From Amphiscolops sp. MND2022 (lineage: Eukaryota): 64,000 nucleotides of DNA. Under the pieces are notes generated by a model. The model was given only the letters and a program-made list of their open reading frames with translations, was not told the DNA's origin and searched no databases. The translations under genes were made by a program, and so were the position numbers. The DNA lies in NCBI GenBank assembly GCA_964187785.1, contig OZ076420.1, positions 11,470,001 to 11,534,000 on the forward strand, written 5' to 3'. Shown piece by piece: positions 35,516 to 49,400 of the stretch (within the stretch, counting starts at the first letter, position 1; each line of letters starts with the position of its first letter).

Positions 35516-35692
35516 CTGGAGTGCAAAAGTCAACATGGCCTTTTCTAAGAAATTTTGACTTAATTTCTCAGAAATGCGCTTAATATTTGTAAGAACTTAA
35601 ATATGCAATCAATTTATTGTGTAGGGAGGGTTCAAATTATGATCAGTGTTGCGTTTTTTTAACCAAATGTGCCAAATCTCCACGATCTCCAT

Positions 35693-36071
35693 TGAAGTGT
35701 TATTGTTTTATGTTTGTTATTGGGTTTATCAAGATACTTCGAAAAGATTTTAGATTACCGGGTAGAGAGTCAGGGCTGCAGTTGACAATCTAGACAAAAC
35801 TGTTTTTGGGGAATTTATTTGTCTAAATCGAGTTCTATAAATCAAAGTTGGTTTATAGTGATTGACATATTTTATGGTTACAAATAAGTATACAATTACA
35901 AAAAAATTTGGGTACTATGAAGTTAACATCAATTATATAAAGGAAGTTACATAAAGTATATCAATTAAATAAAGGATGTTAAAATGAGTTGACATATAAT
36001 TGACAGATATCTAAATGGAGTTGGCTTTTAGGTCACGAAGTTTGATATTATGAATCATCATAGGTATCTCA
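35693..36071 (-). repeat. 3' LTR (379 bp)
   Basis: About 89% identical to 57187-57567 by hand count; begins TGAGATACC and ends ...TCA on the - strand. Confidence 0.92.
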
Positions 36072-36559
36072 TCCGAGCGAGTTTTGAAAAATTGTGAGAT
36101 GTGGTGGTTTAAAAGTTTTTAGGGTGAGTTTCAAAATCTTTCCGGGAGAGGGTAATTTTTGCTTAAACAGTTTTTTTCGAAAGTATGGTTAAATTATCTT
36201 TCCTTGGTTTTGGTCAGAGTTCGAGCAATGGGTTTGAACTTTCATGTATTTCGGTCATTGTTCAATAAGCATCACTTCACTAAAAATCTTGAGTGATTGA
36301 CAGATCGAAATTAGAGTTGTTTTTAAATAAGGTGAGATCAACGTGTGAAGTTCTGAATTAAGATCAAGGTTAAAAGAGTGAAACGAATTTCTTCAGACAG
36401 AAAAGAGTCATCGAGTGAGACATTTTAGCGGGTTCGTTGGTACTTGAAATCTTTGAACGATTGAACTTTTTAACGAGTTCGTATTCATTTCATCTGAACG
36501 ATTGAGGAGTGTTAACAAATTGTGGGAAAATTTTAATGTTCTCAGAGTTGGGTTTGAAT

Positions 36560-39169
36560 TAGAAAGTGGAACTTTTTTGGGTTTTGTTGAATTCTAATTT
36601 TTGGGTGTGAGGGTTTAAATTTGACCTTATATATCTCCGAGCGGTTTTTGAAAAATTGAGAAGGGAGGTGTCAATTATGGGAGAGTGACAAATAATATGT
36701 AAAGAAGAGATGCAATAAAAGATTAAGGATGAAACGGGTGAAGAATTAATCAACAGCCTCAAGAGACGAAGCAGTGGATGAAGGGGAGGAGAGATGAAAA
36801 AGGGGATAAGGGTCGGGGTGATGATCAACAATACGAAGTGGGGGTTCATCATGAAAATTGCAGGGAGTTTCAGAGTCGTCAGAATTATTATTAGGGTCAT
36901 TAGTATCATCAATATCATCTTTATGACCAATATTTATGGACGTTTAAGGAACATCATTCAAGAGTGGAGGAGTAGCGTGCGATGAAGAAGGAGAAGCAAC
37001 ATTTTGAGTGGGTGCCGAGATTTAGTATCATCTAAAGGTTGATGAAGAGCAATTTTATAAGGTTTAAGTACCGAAATTTGAGATGAATGTTTTTTTTCAT
37101 TTTTGAAAGGATTATGATACTTTGATGTTAGCATGTTTGATGTTGAACTTGAAGTATTGACCGACAAGTTTTGAAAAGAAAGGCGAGTAAAAGAGGGTCC
37201 AAATAGGCTTAATGACGTTTTAGAGGTTCATTGTACTGAAGGAGAGTTTTGTAATATACTTCTGTATTATGTTTCAGGCGTTTGGTTCCTGAAAATGTCC
37301 GGGTGGCGACAGGATCTTTCTGGGGCGGACGATCCTGGTCGGCTTCCGAAAGGGTGAGGTGGCTGAAGTGGAATTGTGCGAATGACGGCAGTGAACGAAG
37401 AGGAAGCGGACTCTTCATTGATGGGAGTATCCAGCAACTGGCGGAGAATGGGAAACGAATTCATGATGGATAGTGAAGAGCAGAATTCCAGTGACGAGCA
37501 AATGTATGAAAAGCGAAAGGAAGGAGGAATGCAAGAGCCTTTATATTTTATGATGTCAATTTGTTACACTTTATTCGAGATAATTTTGAAGTAAGTGTGA
37601 AAATATGTTTTCTGATATGACTAGCATATCAAAGATAAGGAAAATGATGTGAAAAGTGAGCGATATAGAGGAAACAAGAGGTAATATGAATTTAGTTAAA
37701 ATATATAGACTGCGAATGTTTAGGTAGTGAGAATTTTTTAAGCTTGTAATCAATTAAGCAGAGAATGCTAGGCAATTATCAGACTAGAGTACCATGAAAA
37801 AAAGTGAACCAAATAAGAGTGATGTGAACCTGAGAGGAGAGTTTTATTTGGTTGAGAAGGCATCAAAAGAGGGTGCTTGTATTTTTGGAGTATTTCGTGT
37901 ATCTGTGAAATATCTGAAAGAATTTTTTCATCGTTTAATGAGTACCAAAAATGAGATCCATTGGATTAGTATGTGGATCTGAGTCTACATGTGGTTTGGG
38001 GAGCGTTAATATTTCATTTATAAAAAGGTCTGTTGGAAAATTGAAAGTGTTAATGGTAACAACAGAAGGATCGTTGTTGAGTGGGGTGATGAGAGTAAAT
38101 GAAGAATCGGTAGACGGTTGATTGGTTTTGGAAGAGAGGACCATATTCATCTTGTTTTTTGAAAAAGAATGTAGAAACTTTGGCAATGATATACAATAAT
38201 TCGAATTAGTAAATCTTTTTTGAGCGAGCGTATGATATTATGAACGTTCATTATCAGTTAATGGGCGGAGAGAATTTTTTGGAAATACGGTGAGAGTTCT
38301 TGTACATGTGTTGGCATATTGGCGGGTGTGAGATAACCATCGTTAAGTATGAGGTATTCCTGTGGTATTACCAACGGATGATTAGGATTTTTGTATGGCA
38401 TAAAAAGAAAAACTTCTTTGAGAGGGTCATAATTTCGTATAGTGCCAACAGTAGCATGATGGTCAAGATGGTAGTGTTCCAAAAATGTGAAAAGAGAAGT
38501 GAATTTATGATTTTGAAAGACGAAAGTTTGAGGAGTTTTAAGTTGGAGAAAAGTTTGGTATGTTCGATGGTGAAGACGTTTTACAGAAGCGGGAGTAGTA
38601 TCACTTGGATTTGAACCAAGATCAGAAGCAGTTGGTTTAAGAAAATTGTATTGGAGACAAAAGAATTTCAACTTTTTTTCTTGCCAATAATGGAGTTGCG
38701 ATACATTTTGAGAGGCAAAGGATACATAGTGATCGAGAGGAGTTTGTAGTCTGTAGGAGTCATAATTGAAGCAGGAATGTTCGGTTTAAATTCGGGATGA
38801 GTATGAAAACATTCAACAGAGATATTAGTTAGTTTGGAAGTTAGTTTTTAGTGGTTGTAGAATTGGTGGTATCATGCCTGAATTTACAAAAACGGGATCT
38901 TAAAGAAAGTCTGGAGGAGTAGCAGAGCGAGGATTTTTTGATGCATTTGCATATGGAGTTGGGTTAATCTGTGAAGAGGATGATTCTTTGCATGGGTCAT
39001 TTATGACTGTTTGATTCAAATCAGAATGTGGAGGATTGAGAATAGTTGGAAGAGCGGATTCACGAATTTCAGAAGAGATTAAGTTAAGAGGGAAACGAGA
39101 GGGATCGAGATGTTCAAGTTCGTGGTCAATATCGATAGTGTGAGTTGTCATTGCAATTTTAGTTGACAT
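36560..39169 (-). pseudogene. Accessory ORF block between env and 3' LTR
   Basis: ATG at 39169 (MSTKIAMTTH) continues through frameshifts (HPEFKPNIPAS..., TVGTIRNYDPLKEVFLF, PHTNPMDLIFGTH) to ~37800; hydrophobic ORF ~37750-37420; low-complexity/acidic ORF ~37460-36560. Confidence 0.45.
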
Positions 39170-39269
39170 TATAAAACATTTACTTGCAATATTTAGTAGA
39201 AGTATTTTAGAAAAAAGAGAGAAATGATAGAAAGTTGGAATAGAAATAGTATACGTTGAAGTTGGAACT

Positions 39270-42250
39270 TTTTATGTCGACTGGGTGGTATATATGCAAG
39301 TTGTGGAGTGAAATTTGAGTGAACTGTCAGGATGAGAATTAATTGAAGTGAAAGAGGAAACATTTAATTCCGGGGATGAGGTTTTAAGTGAATAAGTATT
39401 GAATGTTTGTGAGGAAGTGGGTTGAGAAAAGGAGCATTTGAAAGGTGAGTGAACTTCTTAGAGAGGGAAGCTTAAAAAATTCAGGTGGGCCTAAGGATGT
39501 CATTTTAAAACTTGGCGGAGGTGTGGAGAAGTACGAGTTGGAAGAAGTGGTAAATAAATCGTTTTTGGAGGAAGTGTTAAATGAGTCGTTTTTAATGGGA
39601 GTAGATGATATTGGGTGAGGAGTATCAGAATATGGAGGAGTGGTTAATGGAAGTTCAGAGGGGTTATTAAATAAAGTGGGTTTTCTTATAATGGCGGATG
39701 TAGAAGTAGTATTTATTTGAATTGGTGTATCTAATTGAGTGTTATCTTCTTTGGATTTCTGAAATTTTGGAATATGTGAATTTTTAATTGATGAAAAATG
39801 AGTGGTAGAGCTTCATGAAGGGGATGCTTTTAATGTTTGTAGGGTTGGTGTTTGCATTATCATCATCAGAATAGTTATCAGATTCGACAGCATTTATCAT
39901 TGATTTAGAAACAGTTCCAAAAAATCCGCGATTAAGTGCGGACCAAAATGTAATTCGGCCTTTTAATAATTTTTCGGCGCTAAAGGTTCTATATGTATTA
40001 AATGTTGTTTTAAAAATGAAGTTGAGGAATAATGCAGTGGAAAAATAAATTCCACATTGGGTTAATATATATATTCCGGGTAACCGCAAATTTCAACAAA
40101 CTTAGATTTGAACCAGCCAGTATCTTTGAACGGAGCAATGTTAAGTATATAGTCGATAAGACCAATACGGAGGAAGTTATAAGGATTATCTAGTCTTGGC
40201 TTAGGAGATAGATTATCAGTTTGTGACATGAAATCATAGCTAATTTCTTTACAAAGGAGTTGAAGAGTATTGTCAGAGTAGTTGGCAAATAGGACACGGA
40301 CCCAAAATTGTTTGAGATCTTGTTTAGAATATATAACAGCATCTTGTGTTGTAAAAGTGTTAGGGCTAATAGATATTTCAATTTGGCGAAGTTCGAATAA
40401 CAAGGGAGGGTCACGTTTAATGGGCTTAGGAGTGAGGATATAATATTGATCGGTGTCCGGGTCAAGAGCAATTATGTTTTGAGGGTTATTTTCACAAGGT
40501 ATAGGTAAAGCATTATCAAAAGTTTGACGAGTAATTGGTTCAACATATTTAACAGTGCTTAAATAATTGATAGGTATTTCGTCATAGCATTTCTCAGCTA
40601 TATATAATGGAGAGATATGGTGAGGACAATCGTATAACCAGGCGGTGGAGCCTTCTACGTATAGGAAGTTACTACGACTTTGGGTTAATAAAAAGGCAGC
40701 GAGTTGGAGGGTTTTGAAAGACATTGTGAGAATTGTTAAAAGTTGAGTGCGTTCTAATTCACATACAGTTTGGAGAGTGTTTAAATCTGAAACGGTCATA
40801 GTTTTAAAAACATGGTTAATGGCATGGTCAGTTTTGGTATTTACGTGTGCATCATAGTTTATGGTAGTAAAGTGGTTAGTTGAATTTAACGGGGGAAAAG
40901 GAAATTTGTCTTTATCTCTAACGAGACAACCAGTACTCTGTTGATTTTGAGAAGAATATCGAACAAATTGATCATCCTCAGGGAGATGAAGAGGGTTGCG
41001 TTTACCACTATTTAAGTTGAAACCTTCTTTATACGAAAAAAAAGAGGTCAGGATATTGAGTGGTGTGTAAAAGAGTGGGTTTGTTGCAAAATGTGCTTTG
41101 TTCAGGATATATTTCGATGCAGAGAGGCGAGTTTTATATGAAGTTGTCCCTGAAGGAGGAGTGTGAATGTTATAGGATTCTTTAAAAAACGTTCGGTTTC
41201 TAACGAAAATCGGTTACCTATTTTAGACATACGTTCAACAAAAGAGTGGATTGAAAAGATTAAACAGAGATCACCGGGGAACCAGACGATAGTGTAGGTT
41301 GATATTATTGTTGGATGACAGAATCCATCGTCATGTAAACAGGGGAGTGTATGGCCATTATATATAATGGTGTTCTCGTTTTCATCATAAGTGAGTTCTA
41401 CTTCACGGACTGTCAAGGACCACCTGTCCTTTTCGATGATGTATTCATGTTTGTTTCTGCATACATTCGTTGCATCATATTTCAAGTTTAGGACGTGGTC
41501 AGATATTTGAACGTAGGCAAAAGTACAATAGTGGTATGTGTTGAGTCTGGTTATTCGAAAACGAGGTTGATATTTTTCAAGGAGTTGTTGTTTTTTCATA
41601 TCATCAAAAAAGGTGAAAGAGTTGTTATAATTATAAAAATTAAGTTGAGCATTAGCAGTGCCATTGAGGTGACGGATAGCAAGTTTGCATTCAGTGGGGT
41701 CCAATGGTAAAGAACGTTCCATTGTATTAATATGGTGGTCAGCATGGTCATGCCTTCTATATTTATATTCAGATTGAGCGCAGACAAAACGTTCACGTTT
41801 AGTGTATGCTTCATATGTCCAAGCTTTTAGGCGTTTGGCTTTAGCGCGGACATATACGTTGGCAATACAACGAGTATACTATAAGGAAGAAGGAGCTTGT
41901 TCACAAATTTGAACACGAGTTAAACTAAAGTGAAGGAGATTATTTTGTTTAGAACAACCATAGTGGGATACTAAAAGCTCAGAAATATGGGGATCATTGG
42001 GTTCAACTATGTTTTTAGTGGTGGAGTTGCATAAATAAAGATAGGGTAAAATGATGGGGAAAGTATTAAAACTGAGTGGTATATTTAAAACAAGAGATGG
42101 TGTTAAAAAATGTGATGGAGCCATTGAGAAGTGGAAAAGGAGGGTTATCACTAACTAAAAGATGTATGTTTGTAGTTATAATTGGATGTGGGGTAGTTTC
42201 AAAATGACCGTGAGCGTGAGAGGAAAAAGGATGAAGGGTTAAGTTTTTCA
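39270..42250 (-). pseudogene. env: Envelope glycoprotein, class III (herpes gB / chuvirus G-like)
   Basis: HYGCSKQ, VQICEQ, LDPTEC, PCLHDDGFC...TIVW, ELERTQLLTILTMS, GSTAWLYDCP, CYDEIPI, VEPITRQ, PIPCENNPQN; TM segment GIYFSTALFLNFIF; long S/T/P-rich tail. Confidence 0.75.
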
Positions 42251-42299
42251 AAGTCTACAGTAATTTCAAACTTCTTAAGTTAAGTTGAAGAGAGTTAGT

Positions 42300-43600
42300 A
42301 TCTAATCTTTGGAGTTCAGTATCAGTACGTGTTGCAGAAATAGAAGGGTGATTGGTAATTTTATAAAAGGCTAAAAAAAACGAAAACGTGGATCTTGTCG
42401 AGGACTTGGAATGAGGGTGTTACCTACTATCAAAGGATAGTCAACTCTATTGGGGGTTGGTGGAGTTGAGTATTGGTCAATATCAAGATCGATGTTTACG
42501 AGATGAGAGTCTGAGCTTAACGTACTGACACGGGAAGGTAAACGAGAGAATAAATGTCCAGAGGCATAGTTGGGAGAAGTGAAGAATGTTGAGAAAATTC
42601 ATTGTCAAAACCGGAGGTAGCAGTTCTGCTATGTGGGGAGAGTATATCAGAAGAAAGGGATTGTGCGTGGTGTCTTTCTATATTAGTAGCAGTCCTTGCA
42701 AGAGATAAAGAAGGTGATTGAGTTGTCGTTAATGTTGATTCTGAGGGTTGAGCTTGAATTGAGATCGTAAATTACATCGAGATGGTTCTAGAGAACGAAT
42801 ATGGTATCTCTTCCGAGAGGGTTCAAAAAGAGAAACAGAAAAGTATCAGAGGGAGGGTCAAGCAAATTGTATAAAGAAGAGGAGTGAGTAGAAGGGGGGA
42901 GACGAGAATATATGAGAGAAGGTACAAGAATCGATATCAGAAGAGCGGTTGGTTAAAGCGTAAAGAGGTTCCAAGATGGGAAGTTCAAATGAACGAAGAG
43001 GGTGAGATGTATCAAATTGAGAGTAACAGTGGACAGTTTTACGAGCAGTACGGATAGTAGGAGCGTGAATTCTTTGAAGAACAGATGGGTCAATATCACT
43101 AGGGTCCGGAATATGAGGTGTAGGATGAGTTAGGGTAAAGGTGTTATTGTGAGTGGAAGGTTAAATGTAGAAAGGGGTAGAGGAGTGATTTGACTGAATG
43201 ATGTGGAAGTGGTTTGAGAAAGATTTGGAGTTACAGGAATGGGATCAAGAGGAGGTCGATTTAATATAAGTGAGGTGTTGGAAGATAGGGATTGAGAGAA
43301 TAGGGTTTCAAAGAAAGTTTTGTTAGACGATTCAGGAAGGGCCGACGGAGAAATAGAGAAGATGGGTTGGGAATCCAGGTTGAGAGTTAAGGAAGTTAAA
43401 ATGAAAAAGAGATAATTGTGAAAAATGAAGATTGAAGGTTGGACTACGTTATTGGACAATTTAGACAACTAGGTCAAATCAAGTCATAGCAACTGAATTT
43501 GATGGAACCAAATGGTACAATAGATGGTGAGGGAGGAACCAACAAAAGTAATAGCGAAGCGGGATTACAAAATGGCAAAAGCGGAAATGGTATATGTCAA
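42300..43600 (-). pseudogene. Ser/Pro/Thr-rich ORF between pol and env
   Basis: Hydrophobic start (FAITFVGSSLTIYCTIWF) and ORF 43130..43468; heavily disrupted, low complexity. Confidence 0.3.
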
Positions 43601-43629
43601 TCAGAGGAAAAGTTAATACGTGGTTGAGA

Positions 43630-46190
43630 TTAATGATAATTGGTATGGGGAAGATGGCGAAGATTGTAGGGTGTACTATTACAACGATGGGTTAATGGGG
43701 TACTGTTACGACGAGGGAATTGAGGAAAAAATGTGTGAGATGAGTCAGCAACACGAGGAAAAATTTGAAGCGGAGTTGTGGGTTGAGATTGTATGAATTG
43801 TGACGAGGAAAAAGAAAGAGGATTTTGTCGCATGTCATCATAGAAAAAATTGCCATGATGAGAGTCATCAATATCTTGAGGGACATTATAGTTTGAAGTG
43901 GGGTGAGACATATCTTCATAGTTATGAGGAGAGGTGTTATTGGTAATAGATCGTGGAGATGAAGGTGGTGTAATATCTGTATCAGAAAGGTGATTTTGGT
44001 ATGACATGGTGTCGGGTTTATTTAGTAATGATTGGGAGAGAATTTGATATTTAGTAATGTGAGGAAAAATAATGGGTTCTTTTGGGTCATAGGGCAAAAT
44101 ATGATTACGGTGAGTATGGAAAATTTAACCGGATTGGGAGAGGAGTTCATAAGTAACGTCAGAAAGATGACGGATTACTTTATATGGACCAATTCGAAAG
44201 GATTGAAGTTTGTTGGAAAAGTGAACAGGTTTAAAATTCTTGTGAATAACAAAAGTATTAAGGGGAAGTTGTTTTTGAAGAGTTGTTTCAAATGTAGAAG
44301 TAGAAGAGGTTAGTCTATGATTGAGATGTTTACGAACTGTTGAGTAAATTTCAACCATTGTGGATTCCACAGCAAGGAGCCAAACAGAGATTGGTTTTGA
44401 TATTAGTGTTGGAAAGAACGGGTTAAGATCAGTAGATTGATAACGTGGAACAATATGAAGAAGTGCAATTGTGTTGGGAATTTCTGATTAAATTTAAATC
44501 AAATGAAAGAGGTATGCGAGGATGAGCTTGATAAATAATCTGATAAGGAGACATTTTTAAATTTGAAATGGGAGTGGTGTTATGTGCGTATGCATATGTC
44601 TGAGTTTGAGTTGATCACTAATTAGGAGGGTCTTGTGAAAAGAAACGAAGATGAGTTCCAAGATTGCGGTTTTGATTTTCGACTAGACCATTGGTCCATT
44701 GTGAATAAGGAGTACGAGAGATTGTTTAATATGAAAGAGTGAACATACGTGAGCCACGTCTTGGTTGATATATTGGTTCCCGCGATCAGTGACTAAATTA
44801 TGAAAAGGGCCAAATTTTGTAATTCAGTGGTAGAGAAAGGTATGAATCGTGTTTGGAATTAACATTTGGAGTGGGATTTGTTATAATGAAATGACTGAAA
44901 GCATCAATAACTACAAAAATGTAGTGGGAGAGATCGGACCTGTTGTGTCCATTGAGATACGATAATTGAAGTGAGTAGCATTTTCGTAAACTGGCTGAGG
45001 AGGAGCAAAATTACGTTAAAGAGGAAAATGTTTATTCCTTTGACAATCAATACAGTCATGAATGAATATTGAGAACCAAAGTGGTAATTGAGGGATATAG
45101 TAAAATTGGTTAAATGTCTTTTTTGAGAGTTTTTTTCACCAGAATGCCCATGAGAATAGGTTTTCTTGAAGGCGAAGTGGAAGAGTTTAAACGGCAAACC
45201 AATGTGGGTTTTGTTAATGATAGATTGGGAAACTGGAGTGTTTAATTCTTCAAAAGTACGAGGGTTATCGAGAAAATAGTGAATAAGATGTGAAGTAGGG
45301 TCAATGTATAAGTGAAAAATTTTCTTGAGTGTTGAGAATGCTCGAGTTAAATGAACTAAATTGCATTTTATTATTTGAGTTTGGTTGAAATAAAACAGCA
45401 CCAAGGCCATTAAGAGAAACATCAACGGTGATATTGAATGGTTTTGTAGTAATAGGAATAGCTAATTCAGCATACTTTTTCAGTGAAAATTTATTATTTT
45501 TGAACAATTCGTTAAATTCAGGCGTTCATTTAAACGCGACATCATCGTGGAGAAGTGTGTAAAAAAGTTTGAGAGAGATGTGGAAGTTTTGAAGGAACTT
45601 TGAACAAAAACTCAAAGAGCCAATGAAGCGCATCAATTCACGTTTGAAAGAAGGAGTTTTAAGTTTGTGAATACCACCCAGTTTAGAGTGAATTGGTTTA
45701 ATTGTTTAATTGCTGATTTCATGTCTAAGAAACTTGACGGTATGGAGTACGTAAAAATATTTTTCGGGAGCAATTTTAAGATTGTTTGTTTGGAAAATTT
45801 GATGTAGCTGTTCAATAAGTTCAATCATGTGGGGTTTTGTATGAGAGAGTAGTAATATATCATCGATATACACCAAGGCAAAACCTTGGTCAATGAGTTT
45901 TTGGAAAAAGGTGTACATTTTTTGTGAAGAAATTGGGGAGTCCTTACAGACCATAAAAACCTTTGATAAAAGCATAGAGTTTATCACCAGATGAAACAAT
46001 GGTTAAGCGAATTGTTTCTTTGACAAAGCGAGCATGAGCGTGAGCATACATTAGGTCAATTGCAGAGTTAAATTTTTTATTAGCACGAGCTAATTGGGGA
46101 GCGAGGGGTTCAATGGGCCAAGATTCAAAGGCTTGGTCAGTGTTTGAATCTAAATGACGGGCGTCTAAGACAATTTTTTTTGTATCTCCT
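43630..46190 (-). pseudogene. pol: pol copy 1: RT C-terminus, partial RNase H, integrase with C-terminal tail
   Basis: YIDDIL (~45860); IN motifs SMDTTGP, TDRGNQY, NGLVENQNRNL; tail ending PYNLR; ~1-kb deletion at ~45310. Confidence 0.88.
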
Positions 46191-49100
46191 CTGGGGATAA
46201 TGATGAGTGGATATAAAAATACTGGGTTCGTTTGCGTAATAGGGCAAAATATGATTACCGTGAGTATGGAAAGATTCACCGGATTGGGAGACGAGTTCAT
46301 TTGTAACGTCAGAAAGATGACGGAATATTTTGAATGGACTAATTCGAAAGGGTTTAAGTTTTGTGATAAAGTGAACAGGTTTAAAGTTCTTGTGAATAAC
46401 AAAGATATTAAAGGCAAGTTGTTTTTGATGAGTTGTTTCAAATATAGATGTAGAAGAGGTTAATTTATGATTCAGTTGTTTATGTACTGTTGAGTAAATT
46501 TCAAGCATTGTGTATTCCACAGCAAGGAGCCAAACAGGGATTGGTTTTGAAAGTAGTGTCGAAAAGAACGGGTTAAGATCACTGGATTGATAATGTGAAT
46601 GTGCGGGTATTGTGGAACAATATGAAGAAATGCAATTGTGTTGGGAGTTTCTGACTAAATTTAAATCAAATGAAAGAGGTTTGCCAGGATGAGTTTGAAA
46701 AACAATCAGATAAGGAGACAGTTTTAAATTTGAAATGGGAGTGGTGTTATGTGCGTATGCATATGTTAGAGTTTGAGTTGATCAATTATTAGGGGGTCTT
46801 GTAAAAATAAACGAAGACGAGTTCCGAGATTGCGGTTTTGATTTTCGACTAGACCATTGGTCCATGGTGAATAAGGAGTACGAGAGAGTGTTTAATATGA
46901 ACGAGTGAACATAGGTGAGCCATGTTTTGGTTGATATATTGGGTGCCGCGATCAGTGACTTAACATTGAGGAGAGCCAATTTTTGTAATCCAGTGGTAGA
47001 GAAAGGTATGAATCATGTTTGGAATTGTTATTTGGAGTGGGATTTGTAATATTGGAATGACTGAAAGCATCAAAAATACAAAAATGTAGGGGTTACCGTT
47101 GGAAGTGGGAGAGATCGGACCTTTTGTGTCCATTGAGATACGATAATTGAAGTGTGTAGCATTTTCTTAAAATGGCAGAGGAGGAGCAAAAGTACTTTAA
47201 AGAGGAAAATGTTTATTCGTTTGACAATCAATACAGTCATGAATGAATATTGAGAGTCAATGTGGTAATTGAGGGATATGGTAAAATTGGTTAAATGTCT
47301 TTTTTGAGAGTTTTTCACCAGAATGCCCATGAGAATAGGTTTTTTTGAAGGCGACGTGGAAGAGTGTAAAAGGCAAACAAATGCGGGTTTTGTTAATGAC
47401 AGGTTGGGAACCTGGAGTGTTTAATTCTTCGAAAGTACGAGGTTTATCAAGAAAATAGTGAATAAAATGTGAAGTAGGGTCAATGTATAAGTGAGAAAGT
47501 TGTTGATAATAAGTGTGGAGGAAAGAATTGCTTTTAATAGAGGGATACGGAGTGTCTGATTTGGTTTTATTTTTTTATCCGTTCATTTACGATGGAAAGA
47601 ACATGATCTAAATTTCGTTGTTCCATGATAACTTGTGTTGTGAGAGACGTGTTAGAAGGCAGGAAAAATTTTTTTAAATTCCTGAGCATATTCAAAAAAG
47701 GAAGTGTCAAAATAAGGGATAACAATCTGTATGGAGTTTGATTTAATAGGGGTTGGAGTTAGGCCTAAAGAGTGAGGTTTAGCAGTAGAAATATTTTATA
47801 CAAATTCTTGTTGTGAATGCGTATCAAGAGGATTGGAAATTATTGGTTTGTTAAATTCAGAGGATTGTGAGGTTGGTTTATTTGGGATACGTTTAGAAAT
47901 AGAATCGTCATCACTATCAAGATCAGTTTCATATAGGGGGGAGTTTTGTTTTGAAAGAATTTTTGTTTGTTTTTTTACGGGGCGTTTATATTTTTGATTT
48001 AACGCAAAAATCAATTCGAATGAAAATGAGTCAAGAGGAGTGTCTTCAATAGTGTTACCATTGTCATTAATACGGAGAGTATATTTTTGTGAACCGTAGT
48101 CAGCAAGAATTGGATGAGAATCAATTTTTTGATTCGGTAAAATTTCTTCGCGTTGTACTAAAGAATGGATTTCAGTGAGAGTATTGTTTGGGGTTAGTTG
48201 GGCAAATTCAATAGGTGGCGGTAACGTTTTAGGTTGTAATTGACAAGAGGTGGAGTTAATAGAAGAAAAATCACGACTAAGCATATCAGCAACAGCTAAG
48301 TTTGCACCAGCAGTATGTATGATACGGAGGTTAGAAAAATTTGTAAGAAGCATTTGGGTTTTGTATTGTTGTGGAGTGACATTACCTTTACATTTAAAGA
48401 GAAATAAGAGTGGGTTAAGGTCAGTGAAAAGAGTAATTGGAGATTTAGAGTCGATTGTGATAATATCATAAGCGGTGAGACAGCGCAAAGTGACAGCGCA
48501 AAGTTCTTTGTCGTAAGTGGAAAGTTTTTGTTCTTGAGTGTTGAGAATACGCGAGTTATATGAAATAACTTGAATTTTATTATTTGAGTTTGGTTGAAAT
48601 AAAACAGCACCAAGGAGAATAAGAGAAGCATCAACGGTGATAATGAATGGTTTTGAAGTAAAAGGGATAGCTGATTCAGCATACTTTTTGAGTGAATATA
48701 AAATATTTTCGAATAATTCGTTAAGTTCAGGCGTCCATTCAAAAGAGACATCATCATGGAGAAGTGTGTAAAAAAAGTTTGAGATCGATGTGCAAACTTT
48801 GAATGAACTTTGAATAGAAACTCATGGAGCCAATAAAGCGCATCAATTCGCGTTTGGAAGAAGGAGTTTTAAGTTTGTGGATACCACCCAATTTAGAGTG
48901 ATTTGGTTTAATTGTTTAATTGCCGATTTCATGTCTAAGAAACTTGACGGTAAGGAGTACGTGAAAATATTTTTCAGGAGCACTTTTAAGATTGTTTGTT
49001 CGGAAAATTTGATGTAGCTGTTCAATAAGTTCAATCATGTGGGGTTTTGTATTAGAGAGTAGTAATATATCATCGATATACACCAAGGCAAAACCTTGGT

Positions 49101-49400
49101 CAATGAGTTTTTGGAAAAAGGTGTACATTTGTTTTGTGAAGAAAATGGGGAGTCCTTTCAGACCATATAAACCTTTGATAAAAGCATCGAGTTTATCACC
49201 AGATGAAACAATGGTTAAGCGAATTGTTTCTTTGACAAAGCGAGCATGTGCGTAAGCATACATTAGGTCAATTGCAGATTTAAATTTTTTATTAGCACGA
49301 GCTAACTGGGGATTGAGGGGTTCAATGGGCCAAGATTCATAGGCTTGGTCAGTGTTTGAATCTAAATGACGGGCGTCTAAGACAATTTTTTTGTATCTCC
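46190..49400 (-). repeat. pol: pol copy 2 (3.21-kb unit: RT C-terminus, RNase H, IN)
   Basis: 3,211-bp period with 49401-52611; the same RT/IN fusion junction occurs at ~46190 and ~49400. Confidence 0.92.
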
